From Octopus bimaculoides (lineage: Eukaryota), in contig NC_068989.1 of assembly GCF_001194135.2 (NCBI RefSeq), positions 93,080,163-93,126,288 of the forward strand: a stretch of DNA of 46,126 nucleotides, in the 5' to 3' direction. The notes beneath the pieces were generated by a model that had not been told where the DNA came from, searched no databases, and saw only the letters and a program-made list of their open reading frames with translations. The position numbers and the translations under genes were made by a program. Position 1 is the first letter of the stretch; every line of letters begins with the position of its first letter. Of this stretch, positions 46,020 through 46,126 are shown in pieces.

Positions 46020-46126
46020 ATATCTGGGTACAGGACATTGCAAACAAACGTAGACGAGAACACACGAACCACATAGAGAACATTCTACTTCATCAGCTAC
46101 CCCCGTTTTAACACCGGCGTTTCGAC
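46020..46126 (-). mobile_element. Hammerhead-repeat relative cut by the window end (3' half of the ribozyme visible)
   Basis: Minus strand GTC-GAAA-CG(CCGG)TG-TT/AAAAC, with a GACGAGAACA motif at 46053-46062 and TA-rich flank. Confidence 0.4.

Noticed and set aside
1-46126. CRISPR array, rRNA, intact tRNA gene, prokaryotic operon or terminator
   Set aside because: No regularly spaced repeat-spacer structure and no rRNA-like sequence; tRNA-like segments are SINE heads or a truncated pseudogene; the DNA is eukaryotic and intron-containing.

Overview
AT-rich, microsatellite- and SINE-dense animal genomic DNA with many N gaps, from a short-read scaffold. The repeat families look like those of Octopus, a coleoid cephalopod; this is inference, not a database match. 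Two protein-coding genes are supported, facing each other tail to tail. (1) A minus-strand TRIM-NHL gene of the nhl-1 / Drosophila thin(abba) type (RING, degenerate B-box, coiled coil, long Ser-rich region, NHL beta-propeller). One ~2.7 kb exon (29370-26525) encodes 895 aa once a false 108-N gap with a 53-bp overlap is removed. A 3' coding exon ends at 17653, and about two NHL blades are missing, probably inside an N gap. (2) The last coding exon (2827-3104, +) of an unidentified single-pass membrane protein with a GxxxG helix, a GTY juxtamembrane motif and a PDZ-type C-terminus. The most interesting signal is a set of Penelope-like-element (PLE) style minimal hammerhead ribozymes. They occur in short non-coding repeats next to (TA)n tracts (7389-7425, 19365-19399, 20731-20766, and a half motif at the window end). 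One also occurs in a tRNA-headed element with a 12-bp target-site duplication and an inverted terminal segment (10771-11055). A decayed candidate PLE GIY-YIG endonuclease remnant lies at ~34200-34680. Also present: an internally deleted DD37D (maT) transposon, an 83-bp TTAA-flanked MITE, a ~200-bp intronic foldback, a tRNA-Leu-derived pseudogene lacking its D-arm, and several SINE families. No CRISPR or rRNA was seen. Most ORFs in the supplied track are microsatellite or N-gap artefacts.
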